NCBI GenBank assembly: GCA_963828255.1
Contig: CAWHDZ010000034.1
Location: 1-64,000 of the forward strand
Length of the DNA stretch: 64,000 bases
Reading direction: 5' to 3'
Origin: an uncultured delta proteobacterium
GTDB lineage: Bacteria > Myxococcota > Myxococcia > Myxococcales > Anaeromyxobacteraceae
In this document: positions 53,169 to 64,000 of the stretch, piece after piece
Position numbering within the stretch: the stretch's first letter is position 1
Layout of the letters: each line of letters opens with the position of its first letter
The notes under the pieces: model-generated
The model's database searches: none
The model's input: only the letters and a program-made list of their open reading frames with translations
Told to the model about the DNA's origin: nothing
Position numbers and translations under genes: made by a program

Positions 53169-54311
53169 ATGCTCTACCTCCTCCTCTATCCCATGGCGCA
53201 GCGCTTCACGGTGCTCAACGTGCTGCGCTACCCCTCCTTCCGCATCGTGGCGGCGGGGCTCACCGCGCTGGTCCTCGGGCTGCTCCTCGGCCCCTGGTTC
53301 ATCGAGCGCATGCGCAGGCTCCAGTACGGCCACTCCAACGTCCGCGAGGACACGCCCGACGGTCACAAGAAGAAGATCGGGACCCCGTCGATGGGTGGCG
53401 CGCTCATCCTGCTCGCGCTGGTGGCGGCCACGCTGCTCTTCGCCGACCTGCGCAGCCGCCTGGTCTGGGCGGTGCTCCTCGTCACCGTGGGTTACGGGGC
53501 GGTGGGCTTCGCCGACGACTACCTCAAGATCGCGAGGAAGAACTCCAAGGGGCTTCCCGGCCGCCAGAAGCTCTTCTGGCAGACCCTCATCGTCCTGGTC
53601 GTCTACGTGGTCTTCCTCACCGACTGGAACTTCCAGCTCGACGCCACCTTCCCCTTCCTGACCGTGGGCTCCTTCCTCGACACCCACGTGACCCTCCCCT
53701 TCGTCCCCACCCGGCGCTTCGACTGGAACATGGGCTGGGCCTACGTCCCCTTCATGCTCCTCGTGGTGGTGGGGACCTCCAACGCGGTCAACCTCACCGA
53801 CGGCCTCGACGGGCTCGCCATCGGCCCCTCCATCGTCTCGGCGGTGGCCTTCCTGGTGCTCTCCTACGTGGCCGGCACCACCATCGCCGGCTTCAGCCTG
53901 GCCGCCTACCTGGGCATCCCGCCGGTGCACGGCTCCGAGGAGCTGGCGGTCTTCTGCGCCGCCATGGCCGGGGCCGGCATCGCCTTCCTCTGGTTCAACA
54001 CCTACCCGGCCTCGATGTTCATGGGGGACGTCGGCTCGCTGGCCCTGGGCGGCGCGCTGGGCATGCTGGCCATTCTCACCAAGAACGAGGTGGCCTCGGC
54101 CATCCTGAACGGCGTCTTCCTGGTCGAGGCGGTGAGCGTCATCGTGCAGGTGGCCTCCTTCCGCACCACCGGGAGGCGGGTCTTCCGCATGGCCCCCATC
54201 CACCACCACTTCGAGCTCTCCGGGCTTTCGGAGCCCAAGATCATCGTGCGATTCTGGATCGCTTCCATCATGCTGGCGCTGGTCGCCCTCATGTCGCTCA
54301 AGCTCCGCTAG
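53169..54311 (+). CDS. mraY: Phospho-MurNAc-pentapeptide transferase
   Basis: GTPSMGG, GFADDY, NAVNLTDGLDGL, FMGDVGS, MAPIHHHFE. Confidence 0.97.
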   Translation: MLYLLLYPMAQRFTVLNVLRYPSFRIVAAGLTALVLGLLLGPWFIERMRRLQYGHSNVREDTPDGHKKKIGTPSMGGALILLALVAATLLFADLRSRLVWAVLLVTVGYGAVGFADDYLKIARKNSKGLPGRQKLFWQTLIVLVVYVVFLTDWNFQLDATFPFLTVGSFLDTHVTLPFVPTRRFDWNMGWAYVPFMLLVVVGTSNAVNLTDGLDGLAIGPSIVSAVAFLVLSYVAGTTIAGFSLAAYLGIPPVHGSEELAVFCAAMAGAGIAFLWFNTYPASMFMGDVGSLALGGALGMLAILTKNEVASAILNGVFLVEAVSVIVQVASFRTTGRRVFRMAPIHHHFELSGLSEPKIIVRFWIASIMLALVALMSLKLR

Positions 54312-54321
54312 GAGGAGAACC

Positions 54322-55692
54322 GTGCCGCTGCAGCTCTCCGGGAAGAAGGTGCTGGTGGTCGGGCTGGCCCGCAGCGGCGCCGCGGCCGCGCGGCTGGCCA
54401 TCCGGGAGGGTGCGCGGGTCACGGTCACCGACCGGCGCACCGCCGGCGAGCTCTCCCAGGCGCTGGCCCCGCTGGAGGGGCTGCCCGTCTCGCTCTCGCT
54501 GGGCGGCCACGAGGAGCGCGACTTCACCTCGGCCGACCTGGTGGTGGTCTCGCCGGGCGTCCCGCTCACCCTGCCGGGAATCGCCGCGGCCCGGCGCGCC
54601 GGCATCCCCGTCCTGGGCGAGGTGGAGCTCGCCTCCCGTCTCCTCGGGGACGTCCCGGTGGTCGCCATCACCGGCACGAACGGCAAGAGCACCACCACCG
54701 CCCTCACCGGGCGGCTCTTCCAGGAGGACCGGGCCGCCTTCGTGGGCGGCAACCTGGGGACGCCCTTCTCCGAGATCCTGCTCTCCGGCACCCGGTTCGA
54801 CGTGGCGGTCCTCGAGCTATCCTCCTTCCAGCTCGAGGGGATCGAGCGCTTCCGCCCCAGGGTGGCGGCCATCCTGAACGTCACCCCGGACCACCTCGAC
54901 CGGCACGGCGGCATGGACGGCTACATCGCGGCCAAGGCGCGCCTCTTCTCGAACCAGCAGCCAGGCGACGTGGCGGTGGCGAACGACCGGGACCCGCTGG
55001 CGCTGGCGGCGGCCCGCTCGAGCCGGGGCGACGTGATCACCTTCGGATTCGGCGGCCGCGCATCCATGGCCGCCCGCGACGACGGAGAGGTGGTCCGCTG
55101 GACCGGCCCCACCGGCGAGCCGGAGCGCTACCGGATCCGCAGCCGGGCCCTGCTCGGCCGCCACAACCGGGAGAACGCCATGGCGGCGGTGATCTGCGCC
55201 CGCATGATGGGCGTGCCCGGGCCGGCGGTGCAGCGCGGGCTGGACGGTTTCCCGGGGCTGCCGCACCGGCTCGAGCTGGTCGCCTCGCGCGGCGGCGTGG
55301 AGTGGGTGAACGACTCCAAGGCCACCAACGTGGACTCGACGGTGGTCGGGCTCTCGGCCTTCCCGGCCGGCAAGGCGTCGGTGATCCTGCTCCTGGGCGG
55401 GCGCGGCAAGGGGGCCCCCTACGCGCCGCTCCGCGCCCTCTTCCCCGGGCGCGTCAAGGCCCTCCTCACCCTGGGTGAAGACGCCCCGGCCATCGAGCGG
55501 GAGCTCGGCGACCTCGGCCCCACCGAGTCCTGCGGCGACCTCCCCACCGCGGTGGCCCGCGCCGCCCGCCTGGCAGCCCCCGGGGACGTGGTCCTCCTCT
55601 CCCCGTCCTGCGCCAGCTACGACCAGTTCCGGACCTACGAGGAGCGCGGGGAGACCTTCCGGCGCCTCGCCGCGGCGGCTCCCCTGCCATGA
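54322..55692 (+). CDS. murD: UDP-MurNAc-L-Ala--D-Glu ligase
   Basis: GLARSG, VSPGV, TGTNGKST, ELSSFQL, DHLDRH, HRLE, NDSKATN, SPSCASYDQF. Confidence 0.96.
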   Translation: MPLQLSGKKVLVVGLARSGAAAARLAIREGARVTVTDRRTAGELSQALAPLEGLPVSLSLGGHEERDFTSADLVVVSPGVPLTLPGIAAARRAGIPVLGEVELASRLLGDVPVVAITGTNGKSTTTALTGRLFQEDRAAFVGGNLGTPFSEILLSGTRFDVAVLELSSFQLEGIERFRPRVAAILNVTPDHLDRHGGMDGYIAAKARLFSNQQPGDVAVANDRDPLALAAARSSRGDVITFGFGGRASMAARDDGEVVRWTGPTGEPERYRIRSRALLGRHNRENAMAAVICARMMGVPGPAVQRGLDGFPGLPHRLELVASRGGVEWVNDSKATNVDSTVVGLSAFPAGKASVILLLGGRGKGAPYAPLRALFPGRVKALLTLGEDAPAIERELGDLGPTESCGDLPTAVARAARLAAPGDVVLLSPSCASYDQFRTYEERGETFRRLAAAAPLP

Positions 55693-56873
55693 GCGACGAC
55701 GCCATCCCCGCCCGCCGCTCCCCGGCCGCCCTCCCGCTCGACCCGTGGATGATGGCCGCGGTGCTGCTCCTCACTGGATTTGGCCTCGTCATGGTCTACT
55801 CGGCGAGCGCCGTGACCGCCGACGCCAGGGTTCACGACCAGTTTTACTACCTCAAGCGGCAGCTGGTCGCCTCCGGGGTGGGGTTCGCCCTCCTGCTTGC
55901 CTTCCTCAAGATCGGGTACCGCCGCCTCGAGCCGCTGGCGGTGCCGCTCCTGCTCGCGGTGGTGGTGGCGCTCCTGCTCGTGCTCGTCCCCGGCATCGGC
56001 AAGGTGGCCGGCGGGGCGCGGCGCTGGATCGACCTGGGGATCGTCCGCTTCCAGCCCGCCGAGGCCGCCAAGGTGGTCCTGGTGCTCTACCTGGCCCGCT
56101 CGCTCTCCCGCAAGAAGGAGCGGATGCGCATGTTCTCGGTGGGCTTCCTCCCCCACCTCGCGGTGACGCTCGCGCTGGTGGGGCTGGTGCTGGCCGAGCG
56201 GGACCTGGGGACGGCCGTCATCCTGCTCCTCGTGCTCTTCGTCATGCTCTTCGCGGGCGGCGTGAAGGTGGTCTACCTGCTCGGCGCCGTGGCGCTCTCC
56301 ATCCCCATCGGCTGGAAGCTCATCGCCGGCACCCCCTACCGCATGCAGCGCATCACCGCCTTCCTCGATCCCTGGCAGCACCGGGAGGGCATCGGGTTCC
56401 AGATCGTCGAGTCGATGCTGGGCATCGGCAACGGCGGCTGGTTCGGCCAGGGGCTCGGCGAGGGCAAGGGGAAGCTCTTCTACCTGCCCGCCGCCCACAC
56501 CGACTTCATCGCCGCGGTCATCGCCGAGGAGGTCGGCCTGGTCGGCATGTCCCTGCTCGTGCTCCTCTTCGCGGTGCTGGTGTGGCGCGGGTTCCGGGCC
56601 ACCGTGCGCGCTCCCGACGCCTTCGGCTGCCACGTGGCGCTGGGGCTCACCACCCTCATCGGCTCCCAGGCCCTGGTGAACCTGTCGGTGGTGCTGGGGC
56701 TCCTCCCCACCAAGGGGCTCACCCTGCCCTTCGTCTCCTACGGGGGCAGTTCCCTCATGACCATGCTGGCGGCGGCCGGGATCCTGCTCTCGGTCTCCGG
56801 CGGCCAGGGCGGCTTCCTGAGGGCCCAGCGCGCGCCCCGCCTCGCCGCCACCGCGGAGGGGAGCGCCTCGTGA
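55689..56873 (+). CDS. ftsW: SEDS peptidoglycan polymerase FtsW
   Basis: [43 protein letters not shown]. Confidence 0.95.
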   Translation: MSDDAIPARRSPAALPLDPWMMAAVLLLTGFGLVMVYSASAVTADARVHDQFYYLKRQLVASGVGFALLLAFLKIGYRRLEPLAVPLLLAVVVALLLVLVPGIGKVAGGARRWIDLGIVRFQPAEAAKVVLVLYLARSLSRKKERMRMFSVGFLPHLAVTLALVGLVLAERDLGTAVILLLVLFVMLFAGGVKVVYLLGAVALSIPIGWKLIAGTPYRMQRITAFLDPWQHREGIGFQIVESMLGIGNGGWFGQGLGEGKGKLFYLPAAHTDFIAAVIAEEVGLVGMSLLVLLFAVLVWRGFRATVRAPDAFGCHVALGLTTLIGSQALVNLSVVLGLLPTKGLTLPFVSYGGSSLMTMLAAAGILLSVSGGQGGFLRAQRAPRLAATAEGSAS

Positions 56874-58023
56874 GGCTGCTCGTGGCCGGCGGAGGAACGG
56901 GGGGACACGTCTTCCCGGGCATCGCGCTGGCCGAGGAGGTGGTCACCCGCCACCCCAAGAACGACGTGGTCTTCGTGGGGACGGCCCGCGGCCTGGAGGC
57001 CTCGGTGGTCCCCATCGCCGGCTACCCCATCGAACTCATCGACGTGCGCGGCCTCAAGGGCAAGGGGATCGGGAGCGTCCTCACGGGGCTCCTGCGCCTG
57101 CCGCGCGCCTTCGTGCAGTCCTGGCAGGTCCTGCGGAAGTGGAGGCCGGACGTGGTGGTGGGCGTGGGCGGCTACGCCTCCGGCCCCGTGGTGCTGGCAG
57201 CGCGCCTCATGGGCATCCCCACCGCGGTGCAGGAGCAGAACGCGGTGGCCGGCCTCACCAACCGGCTGCTCGGCAAGTTCGTCCAGGCCGCCTTCACCGC
57301 CTTCCCCGAGGCCGGACGCCTGTTCCCGGCCCGCAAGGTCCAGCAGCTCGGCAACCCCATCCGCCGCCAGCTCCTGGAGAACTACATGCGGCCGGTCTCC
57401 AAGCGGGACGAGCAGCTCCGCGTGCTGGTCTTCGGCGGGTCGCAGGGCGCCCACGGCCTCAACATGCGGGTCATCGAGGCGCTCCCCTTCCTCGCCGACC
57501 TGCGCGAGCGCGTCCGCTTCGTCCACCAGACCGGGGCGCGGGACCGCGAGCAGGTGGAGAAGGGGTACGCCGGCGTGGGGTTCGCCCCGGACGTGCGCGA
57601 GTTCATCACCGACATGAGCGCCGCCTACGCGGGCAGCGACCTGGTGGTCTGCCGCGCCGGGGCCACCACGCTCGCCGAGCTCACGGTCTGCAAGAAACCC
57701 TCGATCCTGGTCCCCTTCCCGGCCGCCGCCGACAACCACCAGGTGGTGAACGCCCGGAGCCTGGTGGACGCCGGGGCCGCGGTGATGATCGAGGAGCGCG
57801 ACCTCACCGGCGAGCTGCTCGCCTCCGAGATGCGCCGCGTGCTGCTCGACCCTTCGGTGCGCGACCGGATGGCCCGGGCGGCCGGCCTGCTGGGGCGCCC
57901 CCAGGCGGCCAGCGAGATCGCCGACGTGCTCACCCAGCTCACCGTGCGTCGCTGGGGAACCCCCAAGGGGCGCCCGCGCCCTCCGGGCTTCGCCCCCGTC
58001 CGCCCCCCCACCGCCGGACCGAA

Positions 58024-58027
<4 letters not shown>
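56870..58027 (+). CDS. murG: Lipid II GlcNAc transferase MurG
   Basis: [43 protein letters not shown]. Confidence 0.96.
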
Positions 58028-59399
<1,372 letters not shown>

Positions 59400-59403
<4 letters not shown>

Positions 59404-60314
59404 CCTGGCCCCGGGAGGTGGCGGCCGCCGTCCGCGGCGAGTGCACGCCGGACGCGCCCATGGCCCCCCGGACCTCCATCCGCGTGGGCGGGCCCGCCGA
59501 CCTCCTGGTGCGCCCGGCCGACGCGGCCGACGTGGTGGCGCTCCTCCGGGAGTGCGCCCCGCACGCCCTGCCCGTGATGGTGCTGGGCGGCGGCGCCAAC
59601 CTGCTCGTGGCCGACGCCGGCATCCGCGGGGTGGTGGTCCGGCTCCCCGTGGACCTGGGCGAGGAGTCCCTGGACGGGGAGCGGCTCGTGATCTCCGGTG
59701 GAGCGCCGGTGACCCGGCTCGTGCAGCGCGCCGTGGCCGCCGGCCTCACCGGCTGCGAGTTCGCGGCCGGCATCCCGGGCACCCTGGGCGGCGCCGTCGC
59801 CATGAACGCCGGGACCCGCGCCGGCGAGATGAAGGACGTGGTGGAGCGGGTCGAGGTGGCCACGCCGGAGGGGGTGCGCTGGATCCCGGCCGAGGAGCTC
59901 GGCTTCGCCTACCGCACCTGCCGCCTCCCCGAGGGGGCGGTGGTCACGCGGGTGGGGCTCCGCCTGCAGCGCGGCGACGTGGCGGCGAGCCGCGCGGTGA
60001 TGGACGCCGACCGGGATCACCGGCGCCGCACCCAGCCGCTCAACTGGCCGACCTGGGGCTCGACCTTCCGCAACCCCCCCGGCGACCACGCCGGCAGGCT
60101 CGTCGAGGCCGCCGGGCTGAAGGGGCACCGCGTGGGCAACGCCATGTGGTCCGACCTGCACGCCAACTTCGTGGTGAACCTGGGCGGCGCCTCGGCGCGC
60201 GACTGCCTCACGCTCATCCGGATGGCGCGGGAGAGGGTCCGGGAGCGGTTCGGAGTCGAGCTGGAGCTCGAGGTGCGGCTCGCCGGCGCGTTCGCGCAGG
60301 ACGAGCACCCCTGA
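59400..60314 (+). CDS. murB: UDP-N-acetylenolpyruvoylglucosamine reductase
   Basis: [48 protein letters not shown]. Confidence 0.95.
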
Positions 60315-60327
60315 AGCGGAGGAGATC

Positions 60328-61254
60328 ATGGGTCGCTGGAGCGGGAAGAAGGTGGCGGTGCTGTACGGGGGCCGCTCGGCGGAGCGGGAGGTCTCGCTCA
60401 AGACGGGCGAGGCCTGCGCGGAGGCGCTGCGGTCGCGCGGGCTCGACGTGACCCTCGTGGACGCGGGGCTCGACCTCGACGTCCGGCTGCGGGCTCTCCG
60501 CGCCGAGGTGGCCTTCGTCGCCCTCCACGGGCGGTACGGGGAGGACGGCTGCGCCCAGGGGCTCCTCGAGTCGATGGGCGTCCCGTACACCGGGTCGGGG
60601 GTGCTCTCGTCGGCCATGGCCATGGACAAGGTGGTCTCGAAGCTCGTCTTCCGCGAGGCCGGGCTGGCGCTCGCCGCCTACCGGGTGTTCCCCGCCTCCC
60701 GGGCCGCATCGATCGGGGTGGCCGACCTGGCCACCGGGCTGCCGGCGGTGGTGAAGCCGGCGTGCGAGGGCTCCTCGGTGGGGGTCCACGTCGTGAAGGA
60801 GGCCGGGGAGCTGGCCTCCGCCCTGGCCGACGCCGCCCGGTTCAAGGGGGATCTCATCGTCGAGGAGTACCTCCGGGGGCAGGAGGTCAACGTGGCCGTC
60901 CTCGACGGTGCGGCGCTGGGAACCGTGGAGATGGTCCCCTCGCGGGAGTTCTACGACTACGTGGCCAAGTACACGCCCGGTTCCACGACCTACCACGTCC
61001 CGGCCCGGCTCCCACCCGAGGCGACCGCCCGGGTGTGCCGCGACGCCGAGACGGCCTACCGGGCGCTGGGGTGCTCCGGCGCGGCCCGGGTGGACTTCAT
61101 CGTCGCCGGGGGTGGGATCCCGTACATCCTCGAGGTGAACACCCTGCCCGGGATGACCGGGACGTCGCTCGTGCCGAAGATCGCCGCCGGGAGGGGAATC
61201 CCCTTCCCCGAGCTCTGCGAACGCATCCTGGACGGCGCCACCCTGAAGGGCTGA
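60328..61254 (+). CDS. ddl: D-alanine--D-alanine ligase
   Basis: GGRSAEREVS, LHGRYGEDG, PYTGSG, GSSVG, FYDYVAKY, LEVNTLPGMT. Confidence 0.96.
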   Translation: MGRWSGKKVAVLYGGRSAEREVSLKTGEACAEALRSRGLDVTLVDAGLDLDVRLRALRAEVAFVALHGRYGEDGCAQGLLESMGVPYTGSGVLSSAMAMDKVVSKLVFREAGLALAAYRVFPASRAASIGVADLATGLPAVVKPACEGSSVGVHVVKEAGELASALADAARFKGDLIVEEYLRGQEVNVAVLDGAALGTVEMVPSREFYDYVAKYTPGSTTYHVPARLPPEATARVCRDAETAYRALGCSGAARVDFIVAGGGIPYILEVNTLPGMTGTSLVPKIAAGRGIPFPELCERILDGATLKG

Positions 61255-61370
61255 GCCATGCTCCAGGGACCTTGAATTTACTGGACAGGATCCCCGGCTG
61301 CGTCATGCTGCGCAGTTGGGCGATACCGTCCGGAAGCGGTGGGCGGCGGCGGGGGTCGGGAGGCGGTGGC

Positions 61371-62243
61371 GTGGCGCGGGCGCGCAACAGGCGGCGTGTG
61401 GACCAGGGGCCAAAGGCCCCTCCGGGCGCCCTTCGCCATGGGCTCACCCTGGCCGTGCTGTGGGGCCTCGGCGCGGCCGCCCTCGGAGCCGGCGGGATCG
61501 CCGCCTGGCGCCACTTCACCAAGGGTGACTCGCTGCGGGTCGGGGCGGTGCGCGTGACCGGCACGTCCCGGGCCGCCGCGGCCGAGATCCTGGCGCTCTC
61601 GCCGGTGAAGCCGGGCGACGACCTCCTCACCGCCGACGTGGATGCCGTCGAGCGGGCCGTGGCCCGCCACCCCTGGGTGGCCCGGGCCGAGGCGAGCCGG
61701 ACGCTGCCGCCCGCCATCGAGATCGCGGTGACCGAGCGGATGGCCCGCGCGCTCGTGGACCTGGGGGGAACGTACCTCGTGGACGGCGACGCCCAGGTCT
61801 TCAAGCGGGCCGTGGCGGGCGACGGGCTCGACCTGCCGGTGGTCACCGGCTTCGGGCGGGACGACTTCGCGAAACGGCGGGCCACGGTCGAGGCCGGCCT
61901 GCGCGGCGCCCTGGCGCTCGCCGACGAGTACGAGCGGGAGGGGCTCGTTCCCCTCGCCGCCATCCAGGAGATCCACCTCGACGCCGACTGGGGGGTCACC
62001 CTCTACGTCGGAGACGAGGGAACGCAGGTCCGCCTCGGTCAGGGCGACCTGCCGCAGAAGCTCGACCGGTTGCACCGCGTTCTCGAGGCGCTCCGCGCCG
62101 AGGGGCGCAAGGCCGAGGTGATTCACCTCGACGACCGGAGCCACCCGGATCGGGTCGGTGTCCGGATGTCGGGGGACGTGGAAGGGGTCCGAGAGGGCCC
62201 GGGTCGGCGGCGTGGGCGCGATGCGCCACTCGTCAGGAGGTAG
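61371..62243 (+). CDS. ftsQ: Cell division protein FtsQ/DivIB
   Basis: Basic N-terminus, one TM, POTRA ([22 protein letters not shown]); between ddl and ftsA; GTG after GGGAGG. Confidence 0.88.
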   Translation: MARARNRRRVDQGPKAPPGALRHGLTLAVLWGLGAAALGAGGIAAWRHFTKGDSLRVGAVRVTGTSRAAAAEILALSPVKPGDDLLTADVDAVERAVARHPWVARAEASRTLPPAIEIAVTERMARALVDLGGTYLVDGDAQVFKRAVAGDGLDLPVVTGFGRDDFAKRRATVEAGLRGALALADEYEREGLVPLAAIQEIHLDADWGVTLYVGDEGTQVRLGQGDLPQKLDRLHRVLEALRAEGRKAEVIHLDDRSHPDRVGVRMSGDVEGVREGPGRRRGRDAPLVRR

Positions 62244-62246
62244 CAC

Positions 62247-63476
62247 ATGGCGAAGACTGGGGACATCCTGGTCGGTCTCGACATCGGGACCACCAAGATC
62301 TGCGCGATCGTCGGGGAGATCACCGACGAGGGCATCGACATCATCGGCATCGGGACGCACCCGTCGAAGGGGTTGCGCAAGGGGGTGGTGGTCAACATCG
62401 ACGCCACCGTGGCCTCCATCAGGCGGGCCATCGAGGAAGCCGAGCACATGGCCGGGTGCGAGATCACCACGGTCTACACCGGCATCGCCGGCGGGCACGT
62501 GAAGGCGTTCCCGTCCCACGGCGTGGTGGCCATCAAGGACAGGGAGGTCAAGCAGTCGGACGTGGACCGGGTCATCGACCAGGCCAAGGCGGTCGCCATC
62601 CCCCTCGACCGCGAGGTCATCCACGTCCTGCCCCAGGAGTTCCTGGTGGACGACCAGGATGGCGTGAAGGAGCCGGTGGGGATGAGCGGGGTGCGTCTCG
62701 AGGCCAAGGCCCTCATCGTGACCGGCGCGGTCTCCTCGGCCCAGAACATCGTGAAGTGCGCCCAGCGCACCGGCCTCAACGTGGCCGACATCGTGCTGCA
62801 GCCGCTGGCCAGCTCGCTCGCCACCCTGTCCGAGGACGAGAAGGAGCTGGGGGTGTGCCTGGTGGACGTGGGCGGCGGCACCACCGACATCGCCATCTTC
62901 GCGAACGGCGCCATCCGCCACACCGCGGTGCTGGCGCTGGGCGGCAACCACCTGACCAACGACGTTGCGGTCGGGCTGCGCACCCCCACCCACGAGGCGG
63001 AGCGCATCAAGAAGGCCTACGGATGCGCCATGGCCTCCATGGTGGACCGCGGCGAGACCATCGAGGTCCCCAGCGTGGGCGGCGGCCAGCCCCGGGTGCT
63101 CTCCCGCCAGATCCTGGCCGAGATCATCGAGCCCCGGGTGGAGGAGATCTTCATGCTGGTGCAGCACGAGATCCAGAAGTGCGGGCTCGAGGAGGCCATC
63201 GCCTCGGGCGTGGTCATCACCGGCGGCTCCACGCTGCTCTCGGGGATGAACGAGATGGCCGAGGAGGTGCTGGGCGTGCCGGTGCGGCGCGGGATGCCCA
63301 AGGGGATCGGAGGGCTCGTCGACGTGGTGAAGAGCCCGGTGTTCGCCACCGCGGTGGGGCTCGTCATCTACGGGGCCCAGCAGCGGGCCGGCAGCCCGTA
63401 CTTCAAGATCCGCGAGGAGAACGTCTACCGGAAGGTCAAGAACCGCATGAAGGACTGGCTGGGCGAGATCTTCTAG
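62247..63476 (+). CDS. ftsA: Cell division protein FtsA
   Basis: [44 protein letters not shown]. Confidence 0.97.
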   Translation: MAKTGDILVGLDIGTTKICAIVGEITDEGIDIIGIGTHPSKGLRKGVVVNIDATVASIRRAIEEAEHMAGCEITTVYTGIAGGHVKAFPSHGVVAIKDREVKQSDVDRVIDQAKAVAIPLDREVIHVLPQEFLVDDQDGVKEPVGMSGVRLEAKALIVTGAVSSAQNIVKCAQRTGLNVADIVLQPLASSLATLSEDEKELGVCLVDVGGGTTDIAIFANGAIRHTAVLALGGNHLTNDVAVGLRTPTHEAERIKKAYGCAMASMVDRGETIEVPSVGGGQPRVLSRQILAEIIEPRVEEIFMLVQHEIQKCGLEEAIASGVVITGGSTLLSGMNEMAEEVLGVPVRRGMPKGIGGLVDVVKSPVFATAVGLVIYGAQQRAGSPYFKIREENVYRKVKNRMKDWLGEIF

Positions 63477-63493
63477 CTTCGGGAGAAACCGAC

Positions 63494-64000
63494 ATGATCG
63501 ACTTCGATTCGAGGGAACCCGCGGCGAAGATCAAGGTGATCGGCGTGGGCGGCGGCGGCGGAAACGCCATCAACACCATGGTGGCCGGGCGGCTGGAGGG
63601 CGTCGAGTTCATCGCCGCCAACACCGACGTCCAGGCCCTCGGGGCCAACCGGGCGCAGGTGAAGCTGCAGCTCGGCAAGACCGTGTCGCGCGGCCTGGGG
63701 GCCGGGGCCAACCCCGACCGCGGGCGCGAGGCTGCGCTCGAGGTGCAGGACGCCATCGGCGAGGCCCTGGCCGGCGCCGACATGGTCTTCGTCACCGCCG
63801 GGATGGGGGGCGGCACCGGGACCGGCGCGGCGCCCATCATCGCCGAGATCGCCAAGAAGGCCGGCGCGCTCACGGTGGGCGTGGTCACCAAGCCCTTCCT
63901 CTTCGAGGGCAACCGGCGCCGCAAGCAGGCCGAGACCGGCATCGACGAGCTGCGCGCCGCCGTGGACACGCTCATCGTCATCCCCAACCAGCGGCTGCTC
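63494..64000 (+). CDS. ftsZ: Cell division protein FtsZ (5' part; runs off the right edge)
   Basis: Read directly from the sequence: [48 protein letters not shown]. Confidence 0.97.
   Translation, partial: MIDFDSREPAAKIKVIGVGGGGGNAINTMVAGRLEGVEFIAANTDVQALGANRAQVKLQLGKTVSRGLGAGANPDRGREAALEVQDAIGEALAGADMVFVTAGMGGGTGTGAAPIIAEIAKKAGALTVGVVTKPFLFEGNRRRKQAETGIDELRAAVDTLIVIPNQRLL

Overview
Very GC-rich, gene-dense bacterial DNA. A Myxococcota/Anaeromyxobacter-like origin is inferred from a myxobacterial-type PilZ-receiver protein, a PEGA Ser/Thr kinase and an extra STAS-like gene in the dcw cluster. 1-25 kb: transport and sulfur-metabolism region. Three paralogue pairs (cystathionine gamma-lyase/synthase, IT-family antiporter, tandem USP) sit in mirror-image order around a core. 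The core holds a cystathionine beta-synthase, an AmgK-like kinase and a carboxylate-uptake locus: two SLC5 symporters with small partners, two cNMP-CBS-nucleotidyltransferases (DUF294) and one DEDDh nuclease. A P2-type ATPase in this region is split by a single-base frameshift. 26-32.8 kb: accessory module in which a ~115-bp promoter (tandem palindromic UAS, conserved linker, sigma54 -24/-12 box) occurs twice. One copy precedes a multi-PAS hybrid kinase plus a truncated receiver-cyclase, the other precedes a DUF3494 ice-binding-family lipoprotein, and a XylR/V4R-type sigma54 activator lies between them. This candidate self-contained regulon is the most striking observation. 32.8-46 kb: epmA, lipoprotein, ArnT-like transferase, Ser/Thr kinase, crotonase plus biotin carrier, PilZ-REC, GMC oxidoreductase pair, trpB2. 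46-64 kb: canonical dcw cluster from mraZ to ftsZ (ftsZ cut by the window end). No rRNA, tRNA, CRISPR array or transposase was recognised. All calls come from reading motifs by eye; no database search was run.
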